NCBI RefSeq assembly: GCF_001194135.2
Contig: NC_068987.1
Span: 43,626,614-43,681,398 of the forward strand
Direction: 5' to 3'
From: Octopus bimaculoides
Lineage: Eukaryota
Length of the DNA: 54,785 bases
Under the pieces are notes generated by a model. It saw only the letters and a list, made by a program, of their open reading frames with translations, did no database searches and was not told the origin of the DNA. A program made the translations under genes and the position numbers. Below are positions 35,880-49,160 of this stretch, piece by piece (position 1 is the first letter of the stretch; each line of letters starts with the position of its first letter).

Positions 35880-36555
35880 TCTTCATATGTGGCAGATGTG
35901 CAGGTACATTAAATATCAGTAATGTACAGAAAATAGACAACCCCTAAATGTCAGGTGGGATCCTTAGGAGTAGTAGACAGTTTCTGTTACTTAGATGACC
36001 AACTTAACAGTGGTAGACGTTGTTCTGAAAGCATAACTGTTAGAATAAGAATGGGCTGGGAAAAGTTCAGAGAGCTACCACCACTGTTAGTAACAAAGGG
36101 CCACTCCCTCACAGTGAAAGGCAGATTGTATGATGCCTCTAGACGAACTGCTATGATACATGTCTGTGAGACATGGGCTGTGACCACTGAGGGCATGTGA
36201 AGGTTTGAAAGAAATAAAGCCAGTATGCTCTGCTGGCTGGGTAATAATCAATGTGCATCTATGACAGTGTGTAAGTGACTTGAAAGAAAAACTGGATATA
36301 CAAGGTATCAGATGTAGTGTGTAAGAGAGAAGACTGTGCTGGTACGGCCATATAATGCATATGAATGAAGACAGTCACATGAAGAAGTGCCGATCTCTAA
36401 TTGTAGAGGGAACATATAGAAGGGCTAGACTTAGGAAAATGTGGAATGAAGTTGTGAGAAAGGAGCTACAGATGTTGGGACTCACAGAGGGGATGACAGA
36501 AGACCAAGATTCCTGGTGGTTTGCAGTACTTGAAAAGACGTGTCAAGCTAAGTAA
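35880..36555 (+). mobile_element. Old RTE LINE RT C-terminal part
   Basis: VDSFCYL, RIRMGWEKFREL, KGRLYD, ETW, RRLCWYGHI, VEGTYRRARLRKMW. Confidence 0.88.
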
Positions 36556-36750
36556 AACCATAGCCATCCATGCATACAGGCATGTCCTCTATATTCCTCT
36601 CTCAACCAAGACATCCTAATGCTGTGGGCGTGTGCGCATGCATGCACACACACCCATGCACATACATATATGATGAAGAAAGTATATTGTTTGTTTGCCT
36701 GTTGATTACAGTCTTTTTGAAGAAACTACATTGTTTTTTTTTTCTTTTAG

Positions 36751-36814
36751 GCAATATATTGAGGAGGAAAAGAAACTGTCTAAATTTCAATCTTGGAAAA
36801 AAGAAAGAAAACAG
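36751..36814 (+). CDS. TMC: TMC-family channel, coding exon A: (x)QYIEEEKKLSKFQSWKKERKQ
   Basis: Poly-T tract + AG (36749-50), GTAACT donor (36815), 64 nt, phase 2 to 0. Joins exon B in frame and gives the WK-x6-W-xx-F spacing of TMC N-termini. Confidence 0.75.
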
Positions 36815-39800
36815 GTAACTTTCTCTGTAATTTTAAATTATTGTACAGTTAAATTTCTTCATTTGCTAATACATGCTACTACTTTATTTCACATCACAGT
36901 AGACTGATATTTCATAATACACACTAAGTCATACTAATATGTAAAACATACTCTACTTTGTACTACAAGAGGTTGAACAGGTGTTTGGTTGATAACCTGC
37001 ATTACTTTATAAAGGGTGGGCTAGGTTTTTTAGATTTTCATTTTACTAATGTATCAGAATCACTGATTATGTACTTTAAGTAATTAAATAGCCATTATTT
37101 AACTGATTAATGAATAAAACATTTTCTAATGCTATTTGGTCACTCTTAGTATAGATTAATTAAATCAATTGAACCAATTTTTCTAGCATAGATGCTTCAC
37201 AATAGTTTTGTTGACATTATGCAACAATTAAATGGAATAAACTGTTAAGTAGATGTACAACAATATAATATAGTCAATAGCTTTCCCTTGTCATTTCATG
37301 ATGAAAGTTAAAGTGTATGAGATATGTTTGATGCTGTGAAATAAGCAAAACTAATGATCACAGAAAACTTGTAGTGGCCAAAGAGAAACCAGCTACTTAG
37401 CTGCTGAGTGTGTTGTGTCCATTAATAAGACATGCTGAGGATTAAAAGTTGAGAAAACAGCTTAATGTTGGATGCATACGTACCTCTGAGATGATGGTGC
37501 TATATGGCCATGTAGTGTAAACAGAGAGTGTAAGTTGGGTGAAGTAAAAAAACCTTATATAGACAGACATAGGGTTTGGAAAACTGGGAAGAAGTGATCT
37601 GAAAACACTAGGTCTCAGAGGATTGGAGAAACATTACACTGTTGTCCAGCCCATAAATAGTTGATGATGAATTAGTTTATTTAGCATCCATCTATGTTCT
37701 GGCACAACAAGAAGGACTTTACATTCTTCTTTCATAATTAGCAAAATAGTACCAAGAATTCATTGAAGTTGATTCCATTGTGCTAGGTAGAGAGGAACCT
37801 AAACTAATTCTATAATTAAGTTATTAGGCTAATGACTTGAATTAGGAATTCAAATATGGTTTGGAGTATTTATGGGCTATATCCTTTTTGATATTTGCAT
37901 TGCCTCAATTTTTACTCTGGAACATGTCAAGCTTCTCTGGGAAGCTGGCTGCACAAATATCCAATTTATGAGATTTACACCTTACCTGTTCAATACTTGG
38001 AAACTAAAAGTTAAGTACTTACTCTGTGAATTACATAAAACAGAACTTACAGTGAAGATGGTACAGAGGAGAGATAAAGTGATGGACTGGATCCTAAGTT
38101 CAAATATTACTGAGATCATAAAGGAACAGTTTCAACAAGTATTTCTTTTATCTTTAAAACAGTCAAAATTACTTACAAAGCAATGCGCTGAAATAAATGT
38201 ATTTTTGTATTCAGTTTAATCCCTTATTAAATCTGATTAAAAGGTAATTTTTAGTCACTTATTATGAATCATTTTTCTGGGATTAATTAAATAGGAATTT
38301 GTAATTTACAGAAGTTGATGCAATCAACCTTCTCCTTACAAACATTGAAATTGAATCTTTGTAATAAATGAAGGTCTTTGGACTTTGGATATATAACTAC
38401 TGGCAGAAGTGTTGTCTAAGTATTATCTACAGTTCAAATATAAAATATTTTGGTGCAGTGTATACATCACATACTCAATATCTGTGTGTTGTCTACCATT
38501 TCCCAGGTGTCTCATTGTAGTGTGTAGCTCACATTTTAAATGTCTGTGTTGTGTCATCTACTATATTATGTTGTCTTGTTGCAGTCTGGAACTTGAATAC
38601 AAGATTTCTGGTGGAGCTTTTTGCTATATTGATTCCACTTTAAAGATTTTAAATAAGACTGAAATGCATGGTGTAGGCTTTTTAACCATTGTTTAATTAT
38701 GTTGTATACATAATTACCATTGTAACCATTCCAATCACAGGTCCCCTTTTTTTTTAGGTATTATTTTACTGACAGTTGCTTTTCCCAGTACACCAACCCA
38801 TTTAGTTTACTTTTTGAGAAAATGAGGGATACAATACTGGATTCTGCGTGGCATTATTAGAGATAGCTTGAAAGAACAGAAATGAGAATGATTTGTGTCT
38901 TCTACAATCTCATGATATTCCACCCAACCACCAGTGAATTGCAGGGGTGATGGCATGATGAATGATATTGTGAGGAGAGACAAGACAAAATGGCTGGATC
39001 ATTTTACTGAGGAAAGATGACAGTAACTGGGTGACAAGAATGATGGAAATGAATGTGGAAGGAGAGGAAAACTAAGAAATATATGGTTAGAGATAATGGG
39101 AGAAAGAAAGAGGGCAAAAGAGTTGTTGAGGATATGGCAAAACTGAAGAAGTCTGTCCTGAAGCCAACAAGAGTAATCTCTACTTTAACAGAGAAGATAG
39201 CTTTAAAATACTTGTGTAGTGTCTGTAAGCCATTCATGTATCAGTAATACTTAGTGGTGTTGAGTTATCAGATAGAATGCCTGGCAATATTAGTTCCAGC
39301 ATGATCAACATTGCTTTTAATTTTTTAAGAGTTGATAATTATAAAGTATTAGTCTTGTACTAGGCTTTATTCTTCTTTTGCTCTCTCTTTCTCAACATTT
39401 TTTCTCTCCGTCCTTCTCTCACTATCTTATCTCTTTGAATTTCTACCTCTTTCCCTTCCACTCCTGTCTCTCAAATCAGCTATGAGAAGACCTGGGAAAG
39501 GAAGGGTTCTGCTAGGTTTAAATGTTCTGAACATGTCATCTGTCACAACAGTATACCCACATCTCCACCAGGAGCTGAGGAACCAAGGCAAAGCAATACT
39601 AGTTGTAATTAACAATTCTGTCTAACCCATGTGAGCATGGAAAAGTGGTTGTTAAAATTATGATGATGATGATGATGATGATAGTGATGATGATACAATG
39701 AGAACATTCTCGAATGTAAATTAAAATTAGTTTCATTGCTGGCACAAATCCTTATTCATTTTCAGAAATTTAATGCCAAATAAGTAAAACATTTTCCTAA

Positions 39801-40158
39801 AGAAAGAAGAATCGAGTCATTTCCTTTGTTGTTGTTTTTTTTTGGTTTTTTTAAATAATATTCATGAGGTGCAAACAAACAGTGAGACTCCAAACAATAA
39901 TGTATCTATTCATTCTCATGTGATTGCTGTTGTATTTCATCATCAAAGAATATTTCTTCCTTTTTAAAGAAGGTTGTGTTCATAACACTCAATAACATAC
40001 ATTGTTTAAAAAGAAGAGATATTCTTCAATGATGAAATACGACAGTGATCAGGATATTTATATTTGAATCTGCTAGAATATATTAAGGATGGATAGCTAT
40101 GTTATTGTATAGGTGAAACATATTAATAATTAAATCATTAGTGTGTAAGTGTTTAAAT

Positions 40159-40511
40159 TAGTGGTTCTCAATGAGGGTCTATATAGCCCCTGAGGGTTCA
40201 CATAAAATTTTTAGGGGTTCATGTAATAAAATAGTAAATTGGGGATCCACAATAGTATTTTGACCGCCCCAAAAAAATGTTGCTTTAGATGTCTGTATTG
40301 GTATGGATTGCAAGAAACAACGAGGTTTCTTTCACTAATATTTTACACAATTCAACCTACACAAGTTAATGTGTGAAAAACAAAATAGGAATTTTGAAGA
40401 AGTTTCTATAAAACTAGTTTTATAGTAACTTCTATAGAATGGTTGTTGGGGTCTGCTAAAATAAAATAGTAATCAAAGGGGCCCATAGATAAAAAATGAT
40501 TGAGAACTCCC
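40159..40511. mobile_element. hAT (Charlie-like) MITE
   Basis: TIR-like ends TAGTGGTTCTCAA / TTGAGAACTCCC and a perfect 8-bp TSD GTTTAAAT (40151-58, 40512-19). Confidence 0.8.
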
Positions 40512-41925
40512 GTTTAAATTGTTGGTATAATAATTTAAAATATATTCATCTACATTGATCTCCAAATGTCAGTAAACTTAACCACAATCATACACCAACA
40601 ATTCTATTGAAAACAACGGACTGCTTTCAGATGATTCTGTGAAAAGCAAATCAATTATTCATAACTCTTATTCATAATTCTTATAGCAATTTTGTTGAAA
40701 TGAAAGGAGAATCTTTTAGTAACAATTGTAAATTATCAATTATAATAAATTATTTCACTGTATTCCTGTTATGGAGTACTGTTTTCTCAAGTTTGTATAC
40801 CCTAATATAGAAAGTGGGGAGAAAAGGGTGAATGAGGATTCATCAGAGATGTCATTGTTCCATTTAGCCTTTGGCCACTTCTGGTAATCTAGACACTATT
40901 TTTCCTGCTGATCAATGTTGATGAGAGACAGGAGAGGTTTAGCAATTTCAGTCTTCCTATGGTATTCAGTTTTGTGGAGTTCATAACATGGTTATGGTTA
41001 ACCTAAGGTTGTCAATATGGTGGTTTAGCTCTCCAGTTACTTTTGTTGTTGTAGTTTGATGGTTTTTAGGCGGTTTGTTTTACTATTTTGTGGCCCCTCT
41101 CTTTGAGCATTACCTTCCTTATAGAATTATGCTTAGTAACACTGGTTTTTCCTTAGTTTGGAATGCCAACATGCCTTTAGAGACTGCACCTCTCAAAACA
41201 TTAACCAGTTTAGTAGTTTTAATGACTGAAAGTCTAGACATTCATGCTCCAATAGTTTTTCCTCTTTGGAAATCAGATAGGTTACACATTTTAATATATT
41301 TCAATATAAACACCCGTAAGAAAACAACAACAACAAAAGGCTGTATCATGAAGTACGAGGCAAATATAAAATATATAGGTGAGAATAGTTTTGAATTTGT
41401 CATAATTCCAATAGAGAGAGATAGTTAAATAAAAATTATATTTCCATTATCTTGTCTGAACCCTGTATTACGTATATATATATATATATATATATCTTGA
41501 TAATACTAAAACTCTAGGGATGTCTGTGTGTAACTGAAATATCTCAGAAATAGTATACTTTATCCTAATTTTTTTTACATGTTTATTTTCATACTTCCCT
41601 TCGACAGTGCAGTACAAATTTTTGTGACATTTGAACCCCTATTTAAACTATTAAACACAATTTTTGTTTTTTTGTTATTTCTTGACGAAAAAAATACATG
41701 GCTTCCATGTTGTCAACACACATATAATGAATGTCATAGTGTGTCAATCAACACAAACACAAGTTTGCTATTTGTGGCATATACATACACATTGTCTTCA
41801 CACTCTCTAAGAAAAAAAAATGCGTTGTCTTTTTGACATACACAATCTTTTAATCATTTGGAAATATTTTTAACTGAATGAGATTTCATCATCTGGAGTT
41901 GATTAATTTCCATAAAAATTTTCTA

Positions 41926-42294
41926 TTTATTACCTTCGCCTTCACTAAGGCGGAGGTATTGTTTTCAGTTGTGTTTGTTTGTTTGTTTGTTTGTCTGTCT
42001 GTGGACAAGATATCTCAAGAACCACTGGATGGATTTGTATGAAACTTTCAGGGATGTTAGGCCTCATGACTGGCACAAACTGGGATTGATCCACTATTGG
42101 ACAAGGATTCTGGATTATTTTTCCTGTTTTTCACTTAATTTTTGAGAGTGGTCGGGCTCATTTTTAGTATTCTCATTTGTGAGAGCAATCGAGTTTATTT
42201 CAGATATTCTCATTTTAAAAATCATCTCTTGCTAATTGTTGAGAGGATGTTGGTGTTGCCTTGGCAGAGGTTGGCACTCACTAAGTGCTCTTGT
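41926..42294 (+). mobile_element. Helentron-associated non-autonomous element (HINE/DINE-like)
   Basis: 5' ACCTTCGCC-N8-GGCGGAGGT stem, (GTTT)n(GTCT)n, 3' subTIR GGCAGAGGT and terminal hairpin GCACT-CACTA-AGTGC. Confidence 0.75.
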
Positions 42295-42934
42295 ATACTT
42301 TTGTTTTAAAGTGAAAGAGAAGGGAAGTGGAAGATGTATGTATGTGTATATGAAATGGACATGAGTGTGTGAGAAAGAGAGAAAAAGAGAGACAGTGAGT
42401 GAAGGGGTGTGTTGTCATATATACGTACGTACATTGATACATATGCATACATCTTTTTTTGTATGTACGTGTGCGTGTGTGTGAAAGAGAGAGAGTGTGT
42501 GTGTGAGTGAGTGAACTTGTGTTTTCACATATGTGGCACACACTCTCTCTCTCTCTCTCACTTTCTCTGTCTCTCTCTCTCTCACTTTCTCTCAGTCTCT
42601 CTCTCTCTCACTTTCTCTCAGTCTCTCTCTCTCTCTCTCCCCCACACACACGTGTCCATTTCATATACACGTTCATACAACTTTCATTTTCTTCTCTCTT
42701 TCACTTTAAAACAAAAGTAACAGGTGATTTTCAGGATAAAAATTGTTAAAAAAAGACTTCTACCCATGAATGATTACTATTGTTTGGACAGTTCCAATTA
42801 AATAACTCCAGAAGTTAAGTTAAATATATATACATGCATAACTACTGTGAATTCCCATTCTACAAACTGGCAAACAATTCCGTAAATACTTTACCGGGCA
42901 AGACTGGGTAGTAAGTCTAGTGTGTGTGTGTATA

Positions 42935-42979
<45 letters not shown>

Positions 42980-42981
<2 letters not shown>

Positions 42982-43602
42982 TCATCATCATCGTTTAACA
43001 TCCGCTTTCCATGACGATTTGACTGAGGACTGGTGAAACCGGACTGGTGAAACCGGATGGCAACACCAGGCTCCAATCTGATTTTGCAGAGTTTCTACAG
43101 CTGGTAGCCCTTCCTAACGCCAACGACTCAGAGAGTGTAGTGGGTGCTTCTACGTGTCACCCACACGAAGGCCAGTCAGGCGGTACTGGCAACTGCCACG
43201 CTCAAAGTGGTGTATTTTATGTGCCACCCGCACAAGAGCCAGTCCAGGGGCACTGGCAACGATCTCGCTCGAAAATCCTACGAAGGCCAGTCAGGCGGTA
43301 CTGGCAATGGCCACGCTCAGAATGGTGTATTTTATGTGCCGCCCGCACAGGAGCCAGTCCAGGGGCACTGGCAACGATCTCGCTNNNNNNNNNNCGCACA
43401 AGAGCCAGTCCAGGGGCACTGGCAACGATCTCGCTCGAAAATCCTTACACATGTCACAGGCACAAGTGCCAGAAAGGCGACGCTGGGCACAGGTGCTATC
43501 TCAATTTCTCTTTCGCTTGTCCCAATAAGTCTTTGCAAGCTGAGTTTCGTGTCCAATAAAGGAGACGACGTTGGCACGGGTGCCAGTCGTCGAATTTAGT
43601 TC

Positions 43603-43605
<3 letters not shown>
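42980..43605 (-). mobile_element. Young RTE 3' UTR copy with 115-bp tandem units
   Basis: (CAT)n tail, near-identity to 638-900, unit starts at 43166 and 43281; flanked by (TA)n on both sides. Confidence 0.9.
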
Positions 43606-43649
<44 letters not shown>

Positions 43650-44364
43650 TATATATGCATGCACGCGTGCGCGCACACTCACTCACACACGTGCACACAT
43701 GTATGTAATGGTAGTGTTATGTTAAAGGTGAAAATGATGTTGATGCTGACTCCAAAAAGAAAGACAGTGGCCGAAGTTGTAGATAACATATTTATTTCTT
43801 CATTACATATAATTAAAGCCAAACCACAATGGGCAGGCATAAAAAAAACAGTCGGAAAGCATATGAGGTAATGAGTTATATTTTCTTGTAAAAGGGTAGT
43901 TAACATTTGACTTACATATTCCCATATTCCCTGTTGATCTCGCAGCTGCAGCTAAATAGATCAAGTGATGTTGAAATGAAAGTGAGTGAATGAGAAAGTA
44001 AGAGAGAGGTGGACAAGACAACTATATCGCTGGTGGATTCCATAGTAGTCCTTCTATGATGTTCTGTCAAGACACATATTTTGAGCTGGTCAGCCTGCTC
44101 TCACCCACTGCCTTTTCCTTACATAATTTCGGTTTTTATAATTGCGCAAACTAGCTAGGAAAATCAATACACCATCATGACCGTAGTTAAATTAATGTAG
44201 GTCATTCATTACCTATCTGAACTTTCCATTGCACAGAAAAAGCCATGAGTCAAGTGAAAAACACATAGATTATCATTCTCTTTGGCAGGACAATAGGCTG
44301 TATGGCTAGGGAGAATTTCTAGATTCAGTTTCGGGTCTCAAGCAGGCAGGGCCAAACAAGGTCC

Positions 44365-44404
<40 letters not shown>

Positions 44405-44406
<2 letters not shown>

Positions 44407-44690
44407 TAGTGACTGAGACCTTTGGCAATATACTGTGCTTGAGAAGACCTGTCAAACCAAGTGAGATTATAGTCATGGCTGATGCCAGTGTTTTGTAACT
44501 GGCATCCATGCCAGTGGTATGTAGAAAGCACCCACTACCTTGTTGGAGTGGTTGGCATTAAGAAGGGCATCCAGCTGTAGATACCTTGTCAAATGAAACT
44601 CAGTGCAGTTCCCCAGCTTAACTATTTTCAGCTAAACCATGTAACCCATGCCAGCATGGAAAACAGCCATTAAATGAATATGATGATATA
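44405..44690 (+). mobile_element. Old RTE 3' end
   Basis: GAGACCTTTGG...GAGAAGACCTGTC stop region to CATGCCAGCATGGAAAA...TGATGAT. Confidence 0.8.
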
Positions 44691-44703
44691 TATATATATA
44701 TAT

Positions 44704-45260
44704 ATCATCATCATCATTTAATGTCCATTGTCCATGCTGGCATGGTTGGATGGTTTGACCAGGGCTGGTAAGCTGAGGGGCTGCACAAGACTCTAGTCTG
44801 ATTTGGCATGGTTTCTATGGCTGGATACCTTTCCTAATGCCAACCACTCTGGGAATGTAATGTGTGCTTTTAAGTGCCACCAGCATGGGTGCCAGTTATG
44901 TGACACTGGCATTGGTCAAATTTTCTCGGTGAGGCCCAGAGCTTGAATGGTGCTTTTTACTTGCCACCAGTATGGATGCCTGTTATGTGACATTGGTATT
45001 GGTCACATTGTCTCCATGAGGCCCAACACTCAAATGGTGCTTTTTATGTGCCACTGGCATTGGTGCCAGTTACACGACACCAGCGTTGGCTATGACTACG
45101 ATTTCACTTGGCTTGATGGGTCTTCTTAAGCATGGCATATCACCAAAGGTTTCAGTCACTAGTCATGCCTCCGCGAGGCCTAACTTTCGGAGATCACGCT
45201 TCACCACCCCATTCCATGTTCTTCTGGGTCTACCTCTACCACAGGTTCCTTCCAGTTAGT
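44704..45260 (-). mobile_element. Old RTE 3' end
   Basis: (CAT)n, CCATGCTGGCATGG, CTTCCTAATGCCAACCACTC, then ORF-end homology at 45100-45260. Confidence 0.8.
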
Positions 45261-45747
45261 TTTATAGTTTCGCCTGTAGATGAAACTGTAACATCTTCAT
45301 GTCATTTTTTTCTGAGCAAAATAGTATCAGCTGATTATAAGACCTCACTGAATGGTTCTTATTTCCTAGATGGATTTCCTAGATGACTAGTGAGCACTAT
45401 CTACTTTTGACTATATTGGATGGCCTTGCACTCTCCTCAGTTTCTCTGCCTTTTGACAAATCTTGTTTTTCATCCACAGGGTGTCTAAAAATCACTCTTC
45501 TCACCAAGCAAGCTTGGTGGGTTTGCCAGTTTAGTCTGACCATACAACAGGTTGCACCAGGTTACACGTTATCAGTAACACAAGAGTGACCTTACATGAT
45601 ACGTGTGTGTGCATATACATACATTAGTTTCCAATCCAGAACAAAATAACCTGAATCAAAACAACTACCATGGCTAAGTCCTCATCTTGTAATCATACAT
45701 ACAAGAAGTCTGTTATTGTTGCTTATTAGTCAGCTTCATAATATATA

Positions 45748-45870
45748 TCCTTTCCAATGTATCCTTCATGTATATTGATATACAATATATCCTTCTCAAT
45801 ATATCCTTTGTATGTATAGATATACAATGTATTCTTTCCAATGTAGTCTTTGTGTGCATAGATATATAAT
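45748..45870. repeat. ~43-bp minisatellite, about 3 units
   Basis: ATATCCTTTCCAATGTATCCTT...GATATACAAT recurs. Confidence 0.65.
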
Positions 45871-46172
45871 GCTTACAATTTGATTGTTGTAAGAGACTTC
45901 CTGGTCCATGTTCAGCAGATGACTGAGGATTTGTGTATAATGGCTGTGTCGTTAAGAAATTCACTTCCAACCATATAGTTTCAAGTTGTCTCCTCATATG
46001 AAATCAACATGAGAATCCAGTAGATGTCTGTCTGTCCCCCCTCTCTCTCCCCATTTATATATATATGTATGTATATGTATGTGTGTATGTATATTTATGC
46101 ATGTATATACAGTTCAAATTTATAGAAAACAAAAGACGGATGAAGGAACAAGCAGGTGTATCAGTTATATAT

Positions 46173-46220
<48 letters not shown>

Positions 46221-46385
46221 GAGTCACTGGCTTCTTTCAGTTTCCATTGGCCTGAGATTATAGTAAGAGATGCTTACCCAAGATGCTGCTCAGTGGAACT
46301 GAACCTGAAGCGATATGTTCAGAATACATATTTACTATTTATTTTTCCTTTATTTTCTCTTTCCTCGCACGTCTGTTCAATCTAG

Positions 46386-46467
46386 AAATGGAATCACTTT
46401 AAAGCAGATGTACGAAACAGTATGAAGACATGGGGCCTCTGGTCAAATTCTATTAAAGCCATCAAAG
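46386..46467 (+). CDS. TMC: TMC-family channel, coding exon B: KWNHFKADVRNSMKTWGLWSNSIKAIK(G)
   Basis: Long pyrimidine tract + TAG (46384-85), AAG|GTAATG donor, 82 nt, phase 0 to 1. Encodes the LW-x3-I-x2-I-x-G motif of TMC proteins. Confidence 0.88.
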
Positions 46468-46577
46468 GTAATGCTTAAAATTCTTCAGAGACATTCCTCT
46501 AAATATGTTGTGTTTGTTCTTTGTCTTCTGTAAATTTGGCACAAGAAAATGCTTCCTCCTCTTCCACATCATCATCA

Positions 46578-46745
46578 TCATTATTTATTAAGGTGGTGAG
46601 CTGGCAGGATTGTTACTGTGCTGGACAAAATACTTAGCATCATTTTGTCTGTCTTTATGGTTGGAGTTCAAATTCTGTCATGGTTGACTTTGCCTTTCAT
46701 CCTTTCAGGGTTGATAAAATATGCACCAGTTGAGCACTGGGATAG
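46578..46745 (+). mobile_element. tRNA-derived Deu/Nin-like SINE
   Basis: AAGGTGGTGAGCTGGCAG head, GAGTTCAAATTC, GACTTTGCCTTTCATCCTTTC. Confidence 0.8.
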
Positions 46746-46899
46746 AGTTATCTATGAGTTGGCATAGTTTGTCAATGTGGTTTTTTACTATATCTAGCCT
46801 ATTTGCTTGTATAGCATGATCGGTTTGGATAATAAAGTCCCAAAGAACAGTGATGTCTTTATTTTCTTCTACTTTGGCAGGCTTATCTTCTCACCAGTT

Positions 46900-47900
46900 C
46901 TTCTCATTTGTGAGTCCAAATTTATGGCATATAATTCAGTGCAAATACTGCCAAGCTTATGGTGATTAATATATTCATTTGAGGCTAGCATAGAGCATCC
47001 AATGAAGAAATGATGAATTATTTCCCTGGCAGCACCACAAAAGCCTCAAGCAGGATCAGCACCATTTTAAAGAATGCTTGCTTGATAGTTTCCGGTGTGC
47101 AGACACCGATCCTGAGCTGCTATAATGAAGTCTTCTGTCCAGATGCAGCTAACCATTGAATGGTCATATATATATTTACATCAGGATCACTGGCCCTTGT
47201 AGTGTACTTGCCATGCAATGCCTTGTTTTTCCATGTGTTTCACAGCTCTTCTGTTTCATCTAGATGCACCTCAGTCTTGTTAATCCTCAGTTCCTGTACA
47301 TACTTCTTTGCTTCTTCTAATATTTATTTAATTTTTTTTACTTGTTTCTGTCATTAGACTGTGGCCATGCTGGGGAACCACCTTGAATACCATTTTTTTT
47401 TTTTGAACTTTCATATTTGCAGACAAGTTTAAACTTCCAGTCATTGGTGTTCTTTAGATAGGTGTCTAACCGTACAGTTGCTATCTTTAGAGGCAGTTGA
47501 AGCTACATCAGTTCACATCCTCCATCCTTTCATGGGATGTATAATCTGTCTACATCTACCTTTGGGTGATGCATTATGGTGCATCATGAGGAGCTTGTAT
47601 ATTGTTGAATCAGTTTTACTGATCTCACTGACTGACTGTTAAAGCTGTAGGTCACCACAGATATAGCTAGAGTATTAATTGCATTGGTCCTGTTTCTTGC
47701 ATTAAGTTTGTTCTTTAGGATGACTCCAATTCTATGATGATATTCCTTCCATATTTTCTCATGCATTTGTGAGTGCTGGATGCTATCCCCTTCACTTATA
47801 CCTAAATATTTGTAATTTTTGGAGAGATTTAATTCTTTGATGATGGTACACTTGTCTATATGTATGTTATTCCTTTCCAGGAGTTGCCCTTGAAATAAGT
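46900..47900 (-). mobile_element. Very old Dong/R4-clade LINE remnant
   Basis: YKYLG, KEYHHRIGVILKNKLNARN...AINTLAISVVTYSF, HHPK, QWL, AAQDRCL. Confidence 0.7.
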
Positions 47901-48945
47901 GTCTTTAGCACATATGATGATGATGATGATATTTGACTTCCATAGTGTAATTTACTTCTTTTCTTGAAATACGACTTATTCAAGCATTACTAAATGAAAA
48001 TTTCTTTAGTGCACTTGTATAAAGAACTATAATTGTCTAAGAAATGTCTTCCCTTGTTACTCAGAGCTAGACAACAACAACAAAGAAAAAAGAAAGATTT
48101 ATTTCACAAACTCTAAAAATCTTATTTATATACTTTACATTTTTATGTCCAAAATGCCTACCATAGGTAACTATGCTAAACGACTGAACACAACAATTGC
48201 AAAAAAAAAATAATAAAACACTGCAAAATCAAAACATATGACTAAATGCACAAAAAGAAGGAGAGAATGAACTGTTTAGTGAATTGTTAACAGAAGAAAA
48301 TATCCCAAACACGCAAATAAGTAGTTTTAAAGATAGCCATTGTAGTAATAACAACAGCGGTAGTGACTCTTACAAGAAGTAAGATACTGTGGTATGTCCA
48401 TATAGTAGTTGTTAAGGCAAATTTTTCCTTAACACAAGCTGAACAAATAAAATTGTTAGACCAATTACAGTTATCAGAAAAAATATGTGGGAGAATTTTG
48501 TAAAACTAGGCAGCATTTTTTGCTGCTGGAGAGAGTAAAAAGAAAAATGCTATACCTTAGCTTATTAAAGGATAGAGTGGACTAAATTTTCTCTCATGTC
48601 ATGTAGTACAAGTTTTCCAGGACATAGGAAATATCTTTTCAATAGAAAAAAGATAAAAATTATGGCACTATTTGCTGAAGACTAAGCTAAAACATAGGCT
48701 GAAATTGTCAGACATACATCTGACTGTACAAGGGTCAAAGAAATACAAGACTAACAATATAAAACATCAGCAATGATGTACCTTAGCAGCCACTTTTGTA
48801 TCACAGTTGCATAAGCAGTCAAAACAGGACTAAATGAAAGGTGACACATGATCAAGGGGCATCAAAACGTATTTGCAAGTTCAAACAACCCTTGAAGGCT
48901 GCAAAGCCACACCAGAATTGTTGTTCCTGTAGATGTGAAGACAAA

Positions 48946-49160
48946 TCATCATCATTCAACGTCTGTTTTCCATGCTGGCATGGGTTGGATGGTTTGATTG
49001 AGGTCAGGAGAGCCAGCAGCTGCACCAGGCTCTGATCTAACGTCAACCACTCCAAGAGTGTAGTGGGTGCTTTTTACGTACCACTGGCACAGGAGCCAGT
49101 CAGGTGATACTGGCATTGGCCACATTTGGATGGTGCTTTTTACATGCCACCAGCAGGGCA
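48946..49160 (-). mobile_element. Old RTE distal 3' UTR
   Basis: ATCATCATCATTCAACGTCTGTTTTCCATGCTGGCATGGGTTGG. Confidence 0.8.

Noticed and set aside
37872-38219. 115-aa ORF in unique sequence between TMC exons A and B
   Set aside because: No recognisable motif or convincing splice sites, and exons A and B already join with family-typical spacing.
43166-43440. Regularly spaced repeats resembling a CRISPR array (also 9030-9200)
   Set aside because: The 'spacers' are themselves repeated, the array lies in a LINE 3' UTR, the DNA is eukaryotic and there are no cas genes.
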